Positions 37,982 to 46,790 of a DNA stretch of 50,403 nt are shown piece by piece (the first letter of the stretch is position 1; the number at the start of each line of letters is the position of its first letter). The notes under the pieces were generated by a model. It worked only from the letters and a program-made list of their open reading frames with translations. It had not been told where the DNA came from and searched no databases. This DNA comes from a virus (lineage: Duplodnaviria > Caudoviricetes): positions 1-50,403 of IMG/VR virus record IMGVR_UViG_3300046786_000301. The stretch is one strand, 5' to 3'. Both the position numbers and the translations under genes were made by a program.

Positions 37982-38184
37982 TGCGCTGTTCGTGCTGTGA
38001 CCGAAATCTGAATGACTATGAATCTACTCTACGTCATGCAGAAACCCATGAGTTTCTTGACACCTGTATGAAATGTCTTGATGGCACTAACATCCCAACC
38101 ATTGGGCGTGAAGACCTTAGTAAGTTTGAATATTCTATTGAGGAGGACGAAAATGGCTGTGAAGACCAATGTGTTGATGAGTGA
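37981..38184 (+). CDS. small Zn-finger protein
   Basis: MRCSCCD..L.DYE......T..F.D.C..C. Confidence 0.75.
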   Translation: MRCSCCDRNLNDYESTLRHAETHEFLDTCMKCLDGTNIPTIGREDLSKFEYSIEEDENGCEDQCVDE

Positions 38185-38440
38185 TCCCAACTATGGCTAC
38201 TATAGTGGTGGAATAAAAAAATTTAAAATGGCTAACGACAGGGATTGGGTTTGCCATAGCTGTGGTGTTAAAGCTGTTAACTTGCTCCTAAAGAGTGTGC
38301 GCACTTCTCTTGTCCGTACTGGTGGTATTAAAATTGCTGCCGGTAAGTTTGTGGAAGACTCTGATAATGGTAAGGTAGCCATTAATGTTATTAAAACAAG
38401 GAATGGCCCACTCACCATTGCTGCGAGGTATAAGTTTTAA
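38153..38440 (+). CDS. hypothetical protein
   Basis: GAGGAGG SD before the ATG at 38153; CHSC. Confidence 0.65.
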   Translation: MAVKTNVLMSDPNYGYYSGGIKKFKMANDRDWVCHSCGVKAVNLLLKSVRTSLVRTGGIKIAAGKFVEDSDNGKVAINVIKTRNGPLTIAARYKF

Positions 38441-38745
38441 TGTTTGTTGCACTCGGTACTAGTGACGTTATGACCTCCAGCCCAATTAGGCCTAACGAAT
38501 GGTCAAGACCACGTGTTTATTGTCTAAGAAAAGACCTTTCTCTAGATGCTACTAACACTTATATGTTAACCTTTGGGCACGGACAAGATGACTTGCTCGA
38601 AGCATTTGAAAAACAATGGGAAGGGCCTATTTTGTTTAAGAGTAAGAAAGCAGTTAATAGTGTTCCTGGGCATGGAGAATATCCTAGAAATACTTTAATT
38701 GTGTTTGAACTACCAATGCACACAGAACTGGAGAACACAGAATGA
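38440..38745 (+). CDS. hypothetical protein (101 aa)
   Basis: TAATG coupling. Confidence 0.65.
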   Translation: MFVALGTSDVMTSSPIRPNEWSRPRVYCLRKDLSLDATNTYMLTFGHGQDDLLEAFEKQWEGPILFKSKKAVNSVPGHGEYPRNTLIVFELPMHTELENTE

Positions 38746-39053
38746 GCGACGCACTGAAGCAAGCCGCGAAGCAGGCGCTTGAGGCGCTGGAAGAAGTGGA
38801 TGCGCCAGAGAAGTGGCCGTTTGCAGTCAAGCAAGACACGTGCAGAGCAATTGAAGCCTTAAGAGCCGCACTCTCTGCACCCCATCCAGCAGCACCTGTG
38901 CCAGCGAAGGCGGTGCAGGCACCACTGACCACTAGGCAAGTCATTAGTGCATTCCAAGACACCGACTATGGGAGCTATGAGACATTTAAGGCTGGGGTGC
39001 GCTTTGCAGAGTGCCTTCATGGTATCAGGCAACCTGGGAGCGATGAATGCTAA
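38742..39053 (+). CDS. hypothetical protein (103 aa)
   Basis: A.KQALEALE...AI.ALRAAL...FAE..HGI pattern; GC-richer than neighbours. Confidence 0.7.
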   Translation: MSDALKQAAKQALEALEEVDAPEKWPFAVKQDTCRAIEALRAALSAPHPAAPVPAKAVQAPLTTRQVISAFQDTDYGSYETFKAGVRFAECLHGIRQPGSDEC

Positions 39054-39244
39054 CCGACCAATGCATTGAAGAGGCAACCATCCACATTAGCCTGACCGAG
39101 CCATACGCTCGCTGGAAGATCGCCCGTGCAATCGAGGCCCTGATGTGCAACAACCTGGGTCGGCAGAGGATACCTATTCCAGTGGCCGACAAAGGCCAAG
39201 AAGCTGTTGGCGCTATCGTTCGAAAGACGCAAAATAGTGTTTAA
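39047..39244 (+). CDS. hypothetical protein (65 aa)
   Basis: LTD..I....ARAIEA pattern. Confidence 0.55.
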   Translation: MLTDQCIEEATIHISLTEPYARWKIARAIEALMCNNLGRQRIPIPVADKGQEAVGAIVRKTQNSV

Positions 39245-39252
39245 GGAACTTA

Positions 39253-39999
39253 ATGCGCATAACCTATGGCCCATGCCCAAGGTGTAGGGAACGAGGAAAA
39301 GACAGTCGTGGAGACAATCTTGTATCCTACCCAGATAACGGAAGCCACTGCTTCTCGTGTGGCTACCATGTAAATCCTGTGGGGTTTAGAGCCCTTATAA
39401 AGAAGGAAATCTATGACACTAAAGTCTTACCTTACGACTACACCAGTGAAGTGGAACCAGCCGGATGGAAATGGCTTCTCCAGTGGGGACTCCCCTACTC
39501 CTATTGGAAACCATACGTCGGCTATTCTAGTGCCTTTGGCAGAGTGGTCATCAAAGTTGGGAATCCAAGTAATCCTGCCTTCTCCATTGGAAGGCTTGTT
39601 GAGCCAGACAAAGAAGGTAGGAAGTGGTATGTATGGGGTGACTGTCATTCCCACGCTGAACTTCTGCGACCAATGGCCCTACCCACCGTGGGACAGCCAT
39701 TAGAGGGGTGCTGCACTGTTTTAGTGGAAGATGTGGTGAGTTGCCATAAGGTAGCTCAGGTAGCAGAATGTATGGCCTTGTTTGGAACAGAGCTTCATAA
39801 GGCCCACATCTATGCCCTTCGTGACGGTACTACTAGACCTATTGTTCTGTGGTTGGACGAGGATCAGAGAGGTTATGTGCAAAAGAAAGCATTAAGGATA
39901 CAGATGCTGACAAACAGGCCTGTAATCGTTGTACATACCAAAAAGGACCCAAAGTGTCTCCATGTTAAGGAAATTAATGAAACAATTAAAAGTATCTGA
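39253..39999 (+). CDS. DNA primase (Zn-finger + TOPRIM)
   Basis: CPRC...DNL..Y.D...HCFSCGY; VLVED..S..K, WLD.D, DPK. Confidence 0.88.
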   Translation: MRITYGPCPRCRERGKDSRGDNLVSYPDNGSHCFSCGYHVNPVGFRALIKKEIYDTKVLPYDYTSEVEPAGWKWLLQWGLPYSYWKPYVGYSSAFGRVVIKVGNPSNPAFSIGRLVEPDKEGRKWYVWGDCHSHAELLRPMALPTVGQPLEGCCTVLVEDVVSCHKVAQVAECMALFGTELHKAHIYALRDGTTRPIVLWLDEDQRGYVQKKALRIQMLTNRPVIVVHTKKDPKCLHVKEINETIKSI

Positions 40000-40342
40000 A
40001 GCCACCCAGCTGCAACTGGACTGGTTGGTGGCGCGGTGTGAGGATGAGCCAATCCGCATCTCAGATGGCGTTGTGCGCTTCAACATGTCGCAATTCACGG
40101 ACGACTACAACCGCTATGCACCCTCGACCGACTGGGCACAGGGTGGACCTATCATTGAGCGGGAGGGACTTGCGCCGGATGCACGGCGAGATGTCAATAA
40201 CAACACCATAGAATGGGAGTGCTACAATTGGAGGGGGGATGGTAACTACATTACAGGACCAACCTGCCTGATTGCCGCCATGCGCTGCTACGTAATCGGC
40301 AAGCTGGGCGACGTGGTGGAGGTTCCAGAGGAGTTCAGATGA
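39977..40342 (+). CDS. DUF2591/NinX-like phage protein
   Basis: LDWLVA, PSTDWAQGGPIIERE, GPT.LIAAMRCYV...LG..VEVP. Confidence 0.8.
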   Translation: MKQLKVSEATQLQLDWLVARCEDEPIRISDGVVRFNMSQFTDDYNRYAPSTDWAQGGPIIEREGLAPDARRDVNNNTIEWECYNWRGDGNYITGPTCLIAAMRCYVIGKLGDVVEVPEEFR

Positions 40343-40575
40343 GACTGTCTAGTGTGCTACTAGTGGCAGGTCTATTGATGTTTTCCCTGACATGTGGTTG
40401 GTATGCTCACAAACTGGATAAAGAGGGTGTGACAAAGAAAGCACTTGACAACATCTTTGAACTCTGCTACAATTATTCTGTGGTAAGAAAAGAAGATAGG
40501 TTCATAGGATGCTTTCCAATGAGCAATCCAAGCAAAGAAGAACACAAAGAGCTTGACACACTTACAGAAGTGTGA
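40339..40575 (+). CDS. small membrane-anchored protein (78 aa)
   Basis: N-terminal hydrophobic helix; contains two internal promoters. Confidence 0.6.
   Translation: MRLSSVLLVAGLLMFSLTCGWYAHKLDKEGVTKKALDNIFELCYNYSVVRKEDRFIGCFPMSNPSKEEHKELDTLTEV
40445..40473 (+). promoter_or_regulatory. sigma70-type promoter (replication genes, distal)
   Basis: TTGACA-17-TACAAT with extended TG. Confidence 0.7.
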
Positions 40576-40581
40576 TAGACT
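40553..40581 (+). promoter_or_regulatory. sigma70-type promoter (helicase, proximal)
   Basis: TTGACA-17-TAGACT with extended TG, followed by an AT-rich inverted repeat. Confidence 0.7.
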
Positions 40582-40629
40582 AAATATACAATACATATAT
40601 AATATGTATATGTATATAAGGAGTATTAG

Positions 40630-41883
40630 ATTATTTATATACCAGAGCTTTCCTACCTTAAGGTTCTTCTAAGTAAAGAATATTTCCTAAAGTATTTTGA
40701 ATATGTAGATGTTAAATATATTAAAGATTCTTATAGGGAACTGTTCTACCTCTATGAAACCCTTAAGGAACTACACAACTCTGTTGACCGTGACGTAAGC
40801 CTCGATGAGTTGCAGGCCTTCTTCTTCACCAAGTATCCCGACTCCGATAAGGAGTCATATTCAGACCTGTTTAAACGCCTCAGGGGAGAAGAAATTGGTG
40901 GGGATGCGGCAGAGGTACTACTTAAGTCTATTAAGCGCCGCAAGGAGGCTTTAAACCTCTCTGAGACCCTATTCAAGGTGAGCCAGGGTCTGGAGGTTAA
41001 GGAAGGATGGCAAGATGACGCAATGTCCTTCCTACAAAACACGGTCGATCATCAACAAAACTCGGAAGTAAGGCAGGTAACTTCTGATTTGGAACAGCTC
41101 ATTCATGAGACATATCAGGACACAGGTGCTCGTTGGCGTCTTAATTGTCTTAACAAAAGTCTTGGAAGTCTACGTAAGGGAGATTTTGGCTTCATCTTTG
41201 CTAGACCGGAAACAGGCAAGACTACTTTCCTCGCTTCTGAGAGTACAGGCTTCCTTGGTCGCCCTTCGGAGCGTATAGTCTGGTTCAACAACGAGGAACA
41301 AGGTAACAAGGTAATGATTCGCATCTATCAGGCCTATTTTGGTGTGCCTATGGATGTGCTACTAGCTAATGTCAAACGATTCAGAACATCATTTGAAGAT
41401 CAGGTTGGAGACCGATTCCAGCTATATGACTCTGCTACAGTCTCGAGAAGAGAAGTAGAGAGAGTTGTATCGAGAGTTCAGCCAACAATCGTCATATATG
41501 ACCAAATTGACAAGATCAAGGGATTCTCTGCTGACCGAGAGGACCTTCGACTCGGCTCCATCTATCAGTGGGCTAGAGAACTGGCTAAAGGAAATCACGC
41601 TGCCATTGGAGTATGCCAAGCTGACGGAACAGCAGAAGGAGTGCGTTACCTCACTATGGAGCATGTTGCCAATGCTAAGACAGCCAAACAAGCTGAAGCA
41701 GATTGGATTCTTGGGATTGGAAAAGTCCATGATGACAGCCTTCAAAAAGTACGGTATCTAAACATAAGCAAGAATAAGCTGTTCGGAGATACAGACTCCA
41801 TCCCTGAACTTAAGCATGGGCATTTTGAGTGTTTAATTAATGCTCCTGTGGCACGTTATGAAGATGTAGTGACTTATAAATGA
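40630..41883 (+). CDS. DnaB/SF4 replicative helicase, ATT start
   Basis: ARPETGKTT Walker A, FNNEE, YDQIDK, QAD, K.AEAD..LGIG, KNK. The frame is open from ATT 40630 (AAGGAG 6 nt upstream), 60 codons before the track's TTG. Confidence 0.88.
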   Translation: MIYIPELSYLKVLLSKEYFLKYFEYVDVKYIKDSYRELFYLYETLKELHNSVDRDVSLDELQAFFFTKYPDSDKESYSDLFKRLRGEEIGGDAAEVLLKSIKRRKEALNLSETLFKVSQGLEVKEGWQDDAMSFLQNTVDHQQNSEVRQVTSDLEQLIHETYQDTGARWRLNCLNKSLGSLRKGDFGFIFARPETGKTTFLASESTGFLGRPSERIVWFNNEEQGNKVMIRIYQAYFGVPMDVLLANVKRFRTSFEDQVGDRFQLYDSATVSRREVERVVSRVQPTIVIYDQIDKIKGFSADREDLRLGSIYQWARELAKGNHAAIGVCQADGTAEGVRYLTMEHVANAKTAKQAEADWILGIGKVHDDSLQKVRYLNISKNKLFGDTDSIPELKHGHFECLINAPVARYEDVVTYK

Positions 41884-42425
41884 GTAAAACATTCTTTACT
41901 TCTGATACTCATTTTTATCATGAAAGTGTAATCAAGTTCTGCAATAGGCCATATGGTTCTATTGAACATATGAATGAAGAGCTTATCAAAAACTGGAATT
42001 CAGTTGTTAATGATAAGGATCACTTGTGGTTTCTTGGAGATTTTAGTTTTGGAACCTATCAACAAACTGAAGATGTTCTAAACAGACTTAATGGGATTAA
42101 ACACCTCATTGTTGGGAACCATGATAGGAATGGTAGGACAGACAAACTATTCAATAGGGACTGGAATAAGTGGTTTGTTGATAGCCATGATTACTTTAGA
42201 CTAAAAGTGGATGGTGAAAAACTTGTACTGTGTCACTTCCCATTAGCTTCATGGGAAAGGGGATATGTTAATCTTCATGGTCACTGGCATAGTACTCCAG
42301 GAAATTGCTCATCTAAATGGATGCAACACGATGTTGGCGTAGATATGAACAACTATACTCCAGTGCTTCTTTCAGATGCTGTTATGCGAGCAATAGAAAA
42401 TAAAGAAGGGCAGGTGGTTTATTGA
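41880..42425 (+). CDS. calcineurin-like metallophosphoesterase
   Basis: SDTHF.H, LGDF, GNHD, HFP, HGHWH, VGVD. Confidence 0.9.
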   Translation: MSKTFFTSDTHFYHESVIKFCNRPYGSIEHMNEELIKNWNSVVNDKDHLWFLGDFSFGTYQQTEDVLNRLNGIKHLIVGNHDRNGRTDKLFNRDWNKWFVDSHDYFRLKVDGEKLVLCHFPLASWERGYVNLHGHWHSTPGNCSSKWMQHDVGVDMNNYTPVLLSDAVMRAIENKEGQVVY

Positions 42426-43606
42426 CCACGGTTACATTTGATGTGGAGACTACTACAGCAAATCGCGGACATCCATTTACCCCTGAGAACTTTGCTGTAA
42501 GCTATGCAGTTAAGGTAAATAATGAACCTACTTCCTTCCACTATTACAATGAACCAGATTTCATCAGTTACCTTCGCGGTTGTATTTCCAAGGCTAATCT
42601 TCTTGTTGGCTTTAACATTAAGTTTGACATTCATTGGCTTACACGGCTGGGGATTACTCTACCTGATGACGTTGATGTGTTTGATTGCTCTCTTGCAGAA
42701 TTCATTGTTACCGGTCAAGAGGCTGTCATGGTATCGTTGGATGAAACGCTGGCTTCATATGGTCTGTCACCAAAACAAGATAAGGTTGCTGAATATTGGT
42801 CCATAGGTATGGATACACCAGACATCCCTGTAGAGGTTCTTGAGGAGTACAACATACAGGATGTGGAACTCACCTATCAACTGTTTCTAACTCAATGTGA
42901 AATTACAAACCAAAAGCAACATACCCTTATCCTACTTGCTGGCAAAGATTTGTTGTCTCTTGCCTCTGCCGAGTACAACGGTATTAAGTTTGACACAGAG
43001 AAGTGTCATAGGCTTGTTGGAGAATACTCTAGCCGAATGGCAGATATTCAAAAGGAGCTTGATGACTACATACCGGAACTCCCTGAACAATGTGTCTTTA
43101 ACTGGAATAGTGGGGACAGCCTCTCTGCTTTGCTCTACGGGGGTGACGTTACCTTTGAATGGAGGACGGAAGAACTTGCTACCTACAAAAGTGGCCCTAA
43201 GAAAGGTGATACCTACCTTAAGGGATCGTGGCACTCCTATGTACAGACATTCCCAAAGCGTTTCAACCCTCTTGAGGGCACAGCGGTTAAGAAGTGTCTT
43301 GTACCGGGATACAACGGTACGATGTATTACCAAGTTGATGATCCAACGCTTAAGCAACTTAAATCTCGTAAAAATGAGGACAAGCAGCTCTTGGGACTAT
43401 TGGATAACCTTGCCAAGACCACCAAAGTTTTAGAGATGATGGAGACATTCCTAAAGCACTTTAAAGAGCTTGCATGGGCTAATGACATGGTACATGGTCA
43501 ATATAACCAGAACATCGCTAGAACAGGCCGTTTAAGTGCCTCTCGACCGAATCTCCAGAACACTTCGCCAGAGATAGATCAACTACTTGTGAGTAGATAT
43601 ATGTAA
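42422..43606 (+). CDS. DNA polymerase A, N-terminal part (3'-5' exonuclease + thumb)
   Basis: FDVET, FNIKFD, YN.QDV, TGRLS...PNLQN; ends just before motif A; TTG start. Confidence 0.9.
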   Translation: MTTVTFDVETTTANRGHPFTPENFAVSYAVKVNNEPTSFHYYNEPDFISYLRGCISKANLLVGFNIKFDIHWLTRLGITLPDDVDVFDCSLAEFIVTGQEAVMVSLDETLASYGLSPKQDKVAEYWSIGMDTPDIPVEVLEEYNIQDVELTYQLFLTQCEITNQKQHTLILLAGKDLLSLASAEYNGIKFDTEKCHRLVGEYSSRMADIQKELDDYIPELPEQCVFNWNSGDSLSALLYGGDVTFEWRTEELATYKSGPKKGDTYLKGSWHSYVQTFPKRFNPLEGTAVKKCLVPGYNGTMYYQVDDPTLKQLKSRKNEDKQLLGLLDNLAKTTKVLEMMETFLKHFKELAWANDMVHGQYNQNIARTGRLSASRPNLQNTSPEIDQLLVSRYM

Positions 43607-45087
43607 TGACGATTATTAATGCCGATGTGAAAGGTTTAGAGCTGGTAGCAGCGGCTGACCTATCAAGAGACAAGGTTCTATCTACTGAAATATGGAACAA
43701 GTTTGACACCCATGCAGATAACCAAGCAAAGTTCAAACTACCAGATCGAGTAACTGCCAAGCGGTTCGTCTTTAAGCTTTTATATGGCGGCAGTGACTAC
43801 GGGTTTGCTAATGACTCCGACTTCCTGGACGTAGGCTATAGCGTTAAACAATGGGCTGCCGTTATCGAGGCCTTCTACACTAAGTATGAAGGTATCAAGA
43901 AATGGCACGATGGCTTGTTGGAAACCGCTATGTCAACTGGGAACATTGAGATACCTAGTGGGCGCTACTTCAACTACCGACCTAACCAATGGGGCAAGTG
44001 GCCACTTACAACCATCAAGAACTATCCCGTTAACATAAGTAGCGGCTTCTAGGAGAAATCCTAGTCGAATAAGCTGGTGAACTCAGGGGAAGACTCCAGT
44101 AGTTTATCCTGAGCCAAGATTTATATTGACAAAGCTTTGTTGCTATGGTATAATATTAGGAACTTAAGAGGAGTTTCTAATGAAATTTAAACCAGTAAGT
44201 ATAGAAGAGCACACAGAGATTGTTGAATTGTTTCACTCTGACTTAGGAGTGCAAGCAATCATGCAAAAGTATAGTAGGGACCATAAGACTATCAAGAAGA
44301 TTTGGCTTACAGAGTATCATGAAGGCCAGTTTAAGGCTAGGACCTCAAGGCTATGTAAACTACATAAGATTGGTAGTAAGAATCCTATGTACGGTAAGAA
44401 TGGTATGCAGCATCATAATGCAGTAGAAAAGGGAACCAATAAGGACGGGTATACTTTGGTATTCGCTCCTGATTGGTATACTGGTGTCAAGGATGGCAAC
44501 AAAACCTATGAACACATTATAGCCTACTGTGAGCACAATGGAATATCTGCTTTGCCTACTGGCATGGTAGTACACCATCTGGACTGTGTTAAACAGAATA
44601 ACCATCCAGATAACTTAGTTATGATATCAATACCAGACCATCGCCGTATACATGCATGGATAAATAAGGTGCAACGACTATCCGGAAACGGAGTAGGGAA
44701 CAGTGTTCCCGAAGCGCCAGCCACCCATATGGGTGATGATATAGTCTGAGCTATGTGGCGACACATAGAGGGTATCCGGAAGCGGGATATCCGGAACACA
44801 ACTGACAGGGATGGGGTGCAGACTTGGTTATGCTTGCTCGCATTGAATTCAACCGCAGACTTAGAGAAAGTGGCTTAGACGCTCAGTTCATTTGTACAGT
44901 TCATGACAGCCTTGTGGCTGATGTTCCAGAAGTAAATGTAAACCGAATCGCCTGGATGCTTAGAGAATCTATTGAAGCAGTTCCAGAGCTTTGCAAGAAA
45001 TCATTCAACTATGATTTCTCTCTACCATTAACTTGTGAAGTACAGGTAGGTCAAAATAAATTTGACATGCATGATTTCATATGGTAG
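43606..45087 (+). CDS. DNA polymerase A, C-terminal catalytic part (spliced: join 43606..44030, 44805..45087; 235 aa)
   Basis: Motif A ADVKGLE, motif B R..AK.FVF.LLYG, spliced KNYPV|QGWGAD, motif C TVHDS. Confidence 0.9.
44126..44154 (+). promoter_or_regulatory. intron-internal promoter for the homing endonuclease
   Basis: Perfect TTGACA-17-TATAAT with extended TG. Confidence 0.85.
44180..44749 (+). CDS. intron-encoded HNH homing endonuclease
   Basis: GAGGAG SD; KNPMYGK, GY, EH, VVHHLD..K.NN..DNL; the ORF runs through P7 and stops within the S element. Confidence 0.88.
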   Translation: MKFKPVSIEEHTEIVELFHSDLGVQAIMQKYSRDHKTIKKIWLTEYHEGQFKARTSRLCKLHKIGSKNPMYGKNGMQHHNAVEKGTNKDGYTLVFAPDWYTGVKDGNKTYEHIIAYCEHNGISALPTGMVVHHLDCVKQNNHPDNLVMISIPDHRRIHAWINKVQRLSGNGVGNSVPEAPATHMGDDIV

Positions 45088-45090
45088 AAT
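45062..45090 (+). promoter_or_regulatory. sigma70-type promoter upstream of the SSB-like gene
   Basis: TTGACA-17-TAGAAT with extended TG. Confidence 0.75.
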
Positions 45091-45209
45091 ATTAATATAG
45101 ACTATAGATTTTGCGGGTAAAGTGTTTACGGATACACACAAGTCTTCCAAACTTGAATAGACCAGATCGATACTGGCTACCCGCTCCAAATACACACAAA
45201 GGAAATATT

Positions 45210-45737
45210 TTGGCTTTTAAAATTGTAATTCAGGACTTCGCTGTTGAAACCATCACCAAGGGCCGTAACTCCTATGAGAAGGGCGTTGTCACCTATACCT
45301 TCAATGGGGTTAACAAGACCCAGACCATTATGAGCTTTGCAAACCCGGCTGTATTTAAGGAGATTAAGAATACTCCGAGTGGTACAACTCTTGTTGTAGA
45401 GGTTACAAAGAATGATAAGGGCTACGATCAGTGGTCTAGCGTAACCCGTGATGGGGCCACCACACAAGCCACTGTGGCTGCTGGGAGCACTGGAGCCACG
45501 ACCCGCATAGCGGGGAGTAATTATGAAACACCTGAAGAACGTAAGCAACGTCAGTTGTTTATTATTCGTCAGAGTTCCATAAGCAATGCTATTGAACTTC
45601 TTTCAGTTGGTGCCAAGGTTCCACCAAAGACTTCTGATGTACTGGGTACCGCACAAGAGTTTGTTGACTTTGTATATGGTATTGATGCTGCTCTAAGTCC
45701 ACAAGCTGACGAAGCTACTAAAGATGTTCCTTATTAA
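45210..45737 (+). CDS. putative ssDNA-binding protein
   Basis: AAGGA SD with TTG start; OB-like N-terminus, YETPEER..RQ..I.RQSS, acidic/aromatic DVPY tail; located after the polymerase. Confidence 0.65.
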   Translation: MAFKIVIQDFAVETITKGRNSYEKGVVTYTFNGVNKTQTIMSFANPAVFKEIKNTPSGTTLVVEVTKNDKGYDQWSSVTRDGATTQATVAAGSTGATTRIAGSNYETPEERKQRQLFIIRQSSISNAIELLSVGAKVPPKTSDVLGTAQEFVDFVYGIDAALSPQADEATKDVPY

Positions 45738-45745
45738 AGTGTATC

Positions 45746-46105
45746 GTGTCGTTTCGCATAGCTGAGAAACAGGCACTAAAAAGCCCCTTCCTGAAACATC
45801 GGGTTGGGGCTGTCATTATGAAAGGTAGTCGTGTTATCTCGTCTGGTTTCAACTCTATTCGATATTCAAGAATCACTAGATTATCATCTATGCATGCCGA
45901 AGCTAGCGCAGTCTCAAAACTTCTTAGAGATGGCAGGCTTAGCGATTTGGTTGGTTCTACTATGTTCGTTACAAGGTTTACTAAGTCTGGCGATATATCT
46001 TGTGCTAAGCCTTGCCATACTTGCAGGGATCTCATATGCTCTGTTGGAATTAGGAATGTCTTCTATACTGACTTTGACGGGTCTACGAAAGAGATAAAAA
46101 TATGA
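45746..46105 (+). CDS. cytidine/dCMP deaminase-family protein
   Basis: H.VGAV......S.GFN, HAE, PCHTC zinc motifs. Confidence 0.85.
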   Translation: MSFRIAEKQALKSPFLKHRVGAVIMKGSRVISSGFNSIRYSRITRLSSMHAEASAVSKLLRDGRLSDLVGSTMFVTRFTKSGDISCAKPCHTCRDLICSVGIRNVFYTDFDGSTKEIKI

Positions 46106-46392
46106 CCAAGCAAGAGTTTTGTAAGAAGTATGAAAACGTGGAATTATACTTTAAGTCCTATTATAAATATAAATTTCTTTTTGAGGGCAGGGCCGGCAGG
46201 GGCAAAGACAATAAACTAATTACTATAGTAGTAGGAGGAACATCAGAGGACATTTACCGCCTTGATGTAGAGGCTAAAACATCCTATAATATCTACGACC
46301 TGGACCCTTACGAGGGGCAAGCTGCCTATACAGATAGGAATGTATCAGACTTAGAAGGATTTTACGAAAGAACTGAAAAGACAAAAATATGA
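46102..46392 (+). CDS. hypothetical protein (96 aa)
   Basis: F.SYYKY.F.F motif; ATGA coupling. Confidence 0.7.
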   Translation: MTKQEFCKKYENVELYFKSYYKYKFLFEGRAGRGKDNKLITIVVGGTSEDIYRLDVEAKTSYNIYDLDPYEGQAAYTDRNVSDLEGFYERTEKTKI

Positions 46393-46727
46393 AAGTAATT
46401 ATAGCTGGTAGCAGAGATATTGACGACATAGATGTTCTACATGACGCATATGGCCGCTGTAGGTGGAGTATTACTGAGATTGTTTCTGGAGGCGCTAGAG
46501 GAGTGGATACCATGGCGAGAGACTTTGCAATTTATAATACTATTTCATACAAAGAATTCCTGCCAGATTGGGATATTGGACGGCACGCCGGCTTTATTAG
46601 AAACGACCAAATGGCACAATATGCTGAAGGCCTTATTGCTATTTGGGATGGTAAATCAAAGGGCACTAAGCACATGATAGACACCATGCTAAATTATCAC
46701 AAACCAACCTATATTCATTTTGTATGA
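46389..46727 (+). CDS. YspA/DUF2493 SLOG-family protein
   Basis: MKVIIAGSR, VSGGARGVD, AG.IRN.QMA, WDGKSKGT.HMI. Confidence 0.9.
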   Translation: MKVIIAGSRDIDDIDVLHDAYGRCRWSITEIVSGGARGVDTMARDFAIYNTISYKEFLPDWDIGRHAGFIRNDQMAQYAEGLIAIWDGKSKGTKHMIDTMLNYHKPTYIHFV

Positions 46728-46765
46728 AAGCACTCATTGATGGTGATGAACTAAAAACTAATTGA
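46724..46765 (+). pseudogene. original 5' end of the 5'-3' exonuclease, truncated by the insertion (MKALIDGD+ELKTN*)
   Basis: ATGA-coupled to the SLOG gene; matches the second copy at 47319. Confidence 0.8.
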
Positions 46766-46790
46766 CTTTTATGTTTAGATGTGGTATAAT
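46762..46790 (+). promoter_or_regulatory. cassette promoter
   Basis: TTGACT-17-TATAAT with extended TG, followed by GGAGG. Confidence 0.85.

Larger units (their letters stand above)
44031..44804 (+). mobile_element. self-splicing group I intron (IA2-like), 774 nt
   Basis: 5' exon ends in U with P1 CCGU/GCGG U.G pair; terminal G; P3 GCTGGTG/CGCCAGC; P4 CTCAGG/CCTGAG; P7 GACTA/TAGTC; P7.1/7.2 hairpins; P9 with GCGA loop; splicing restores the reading frame. Confidence 0.92.
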
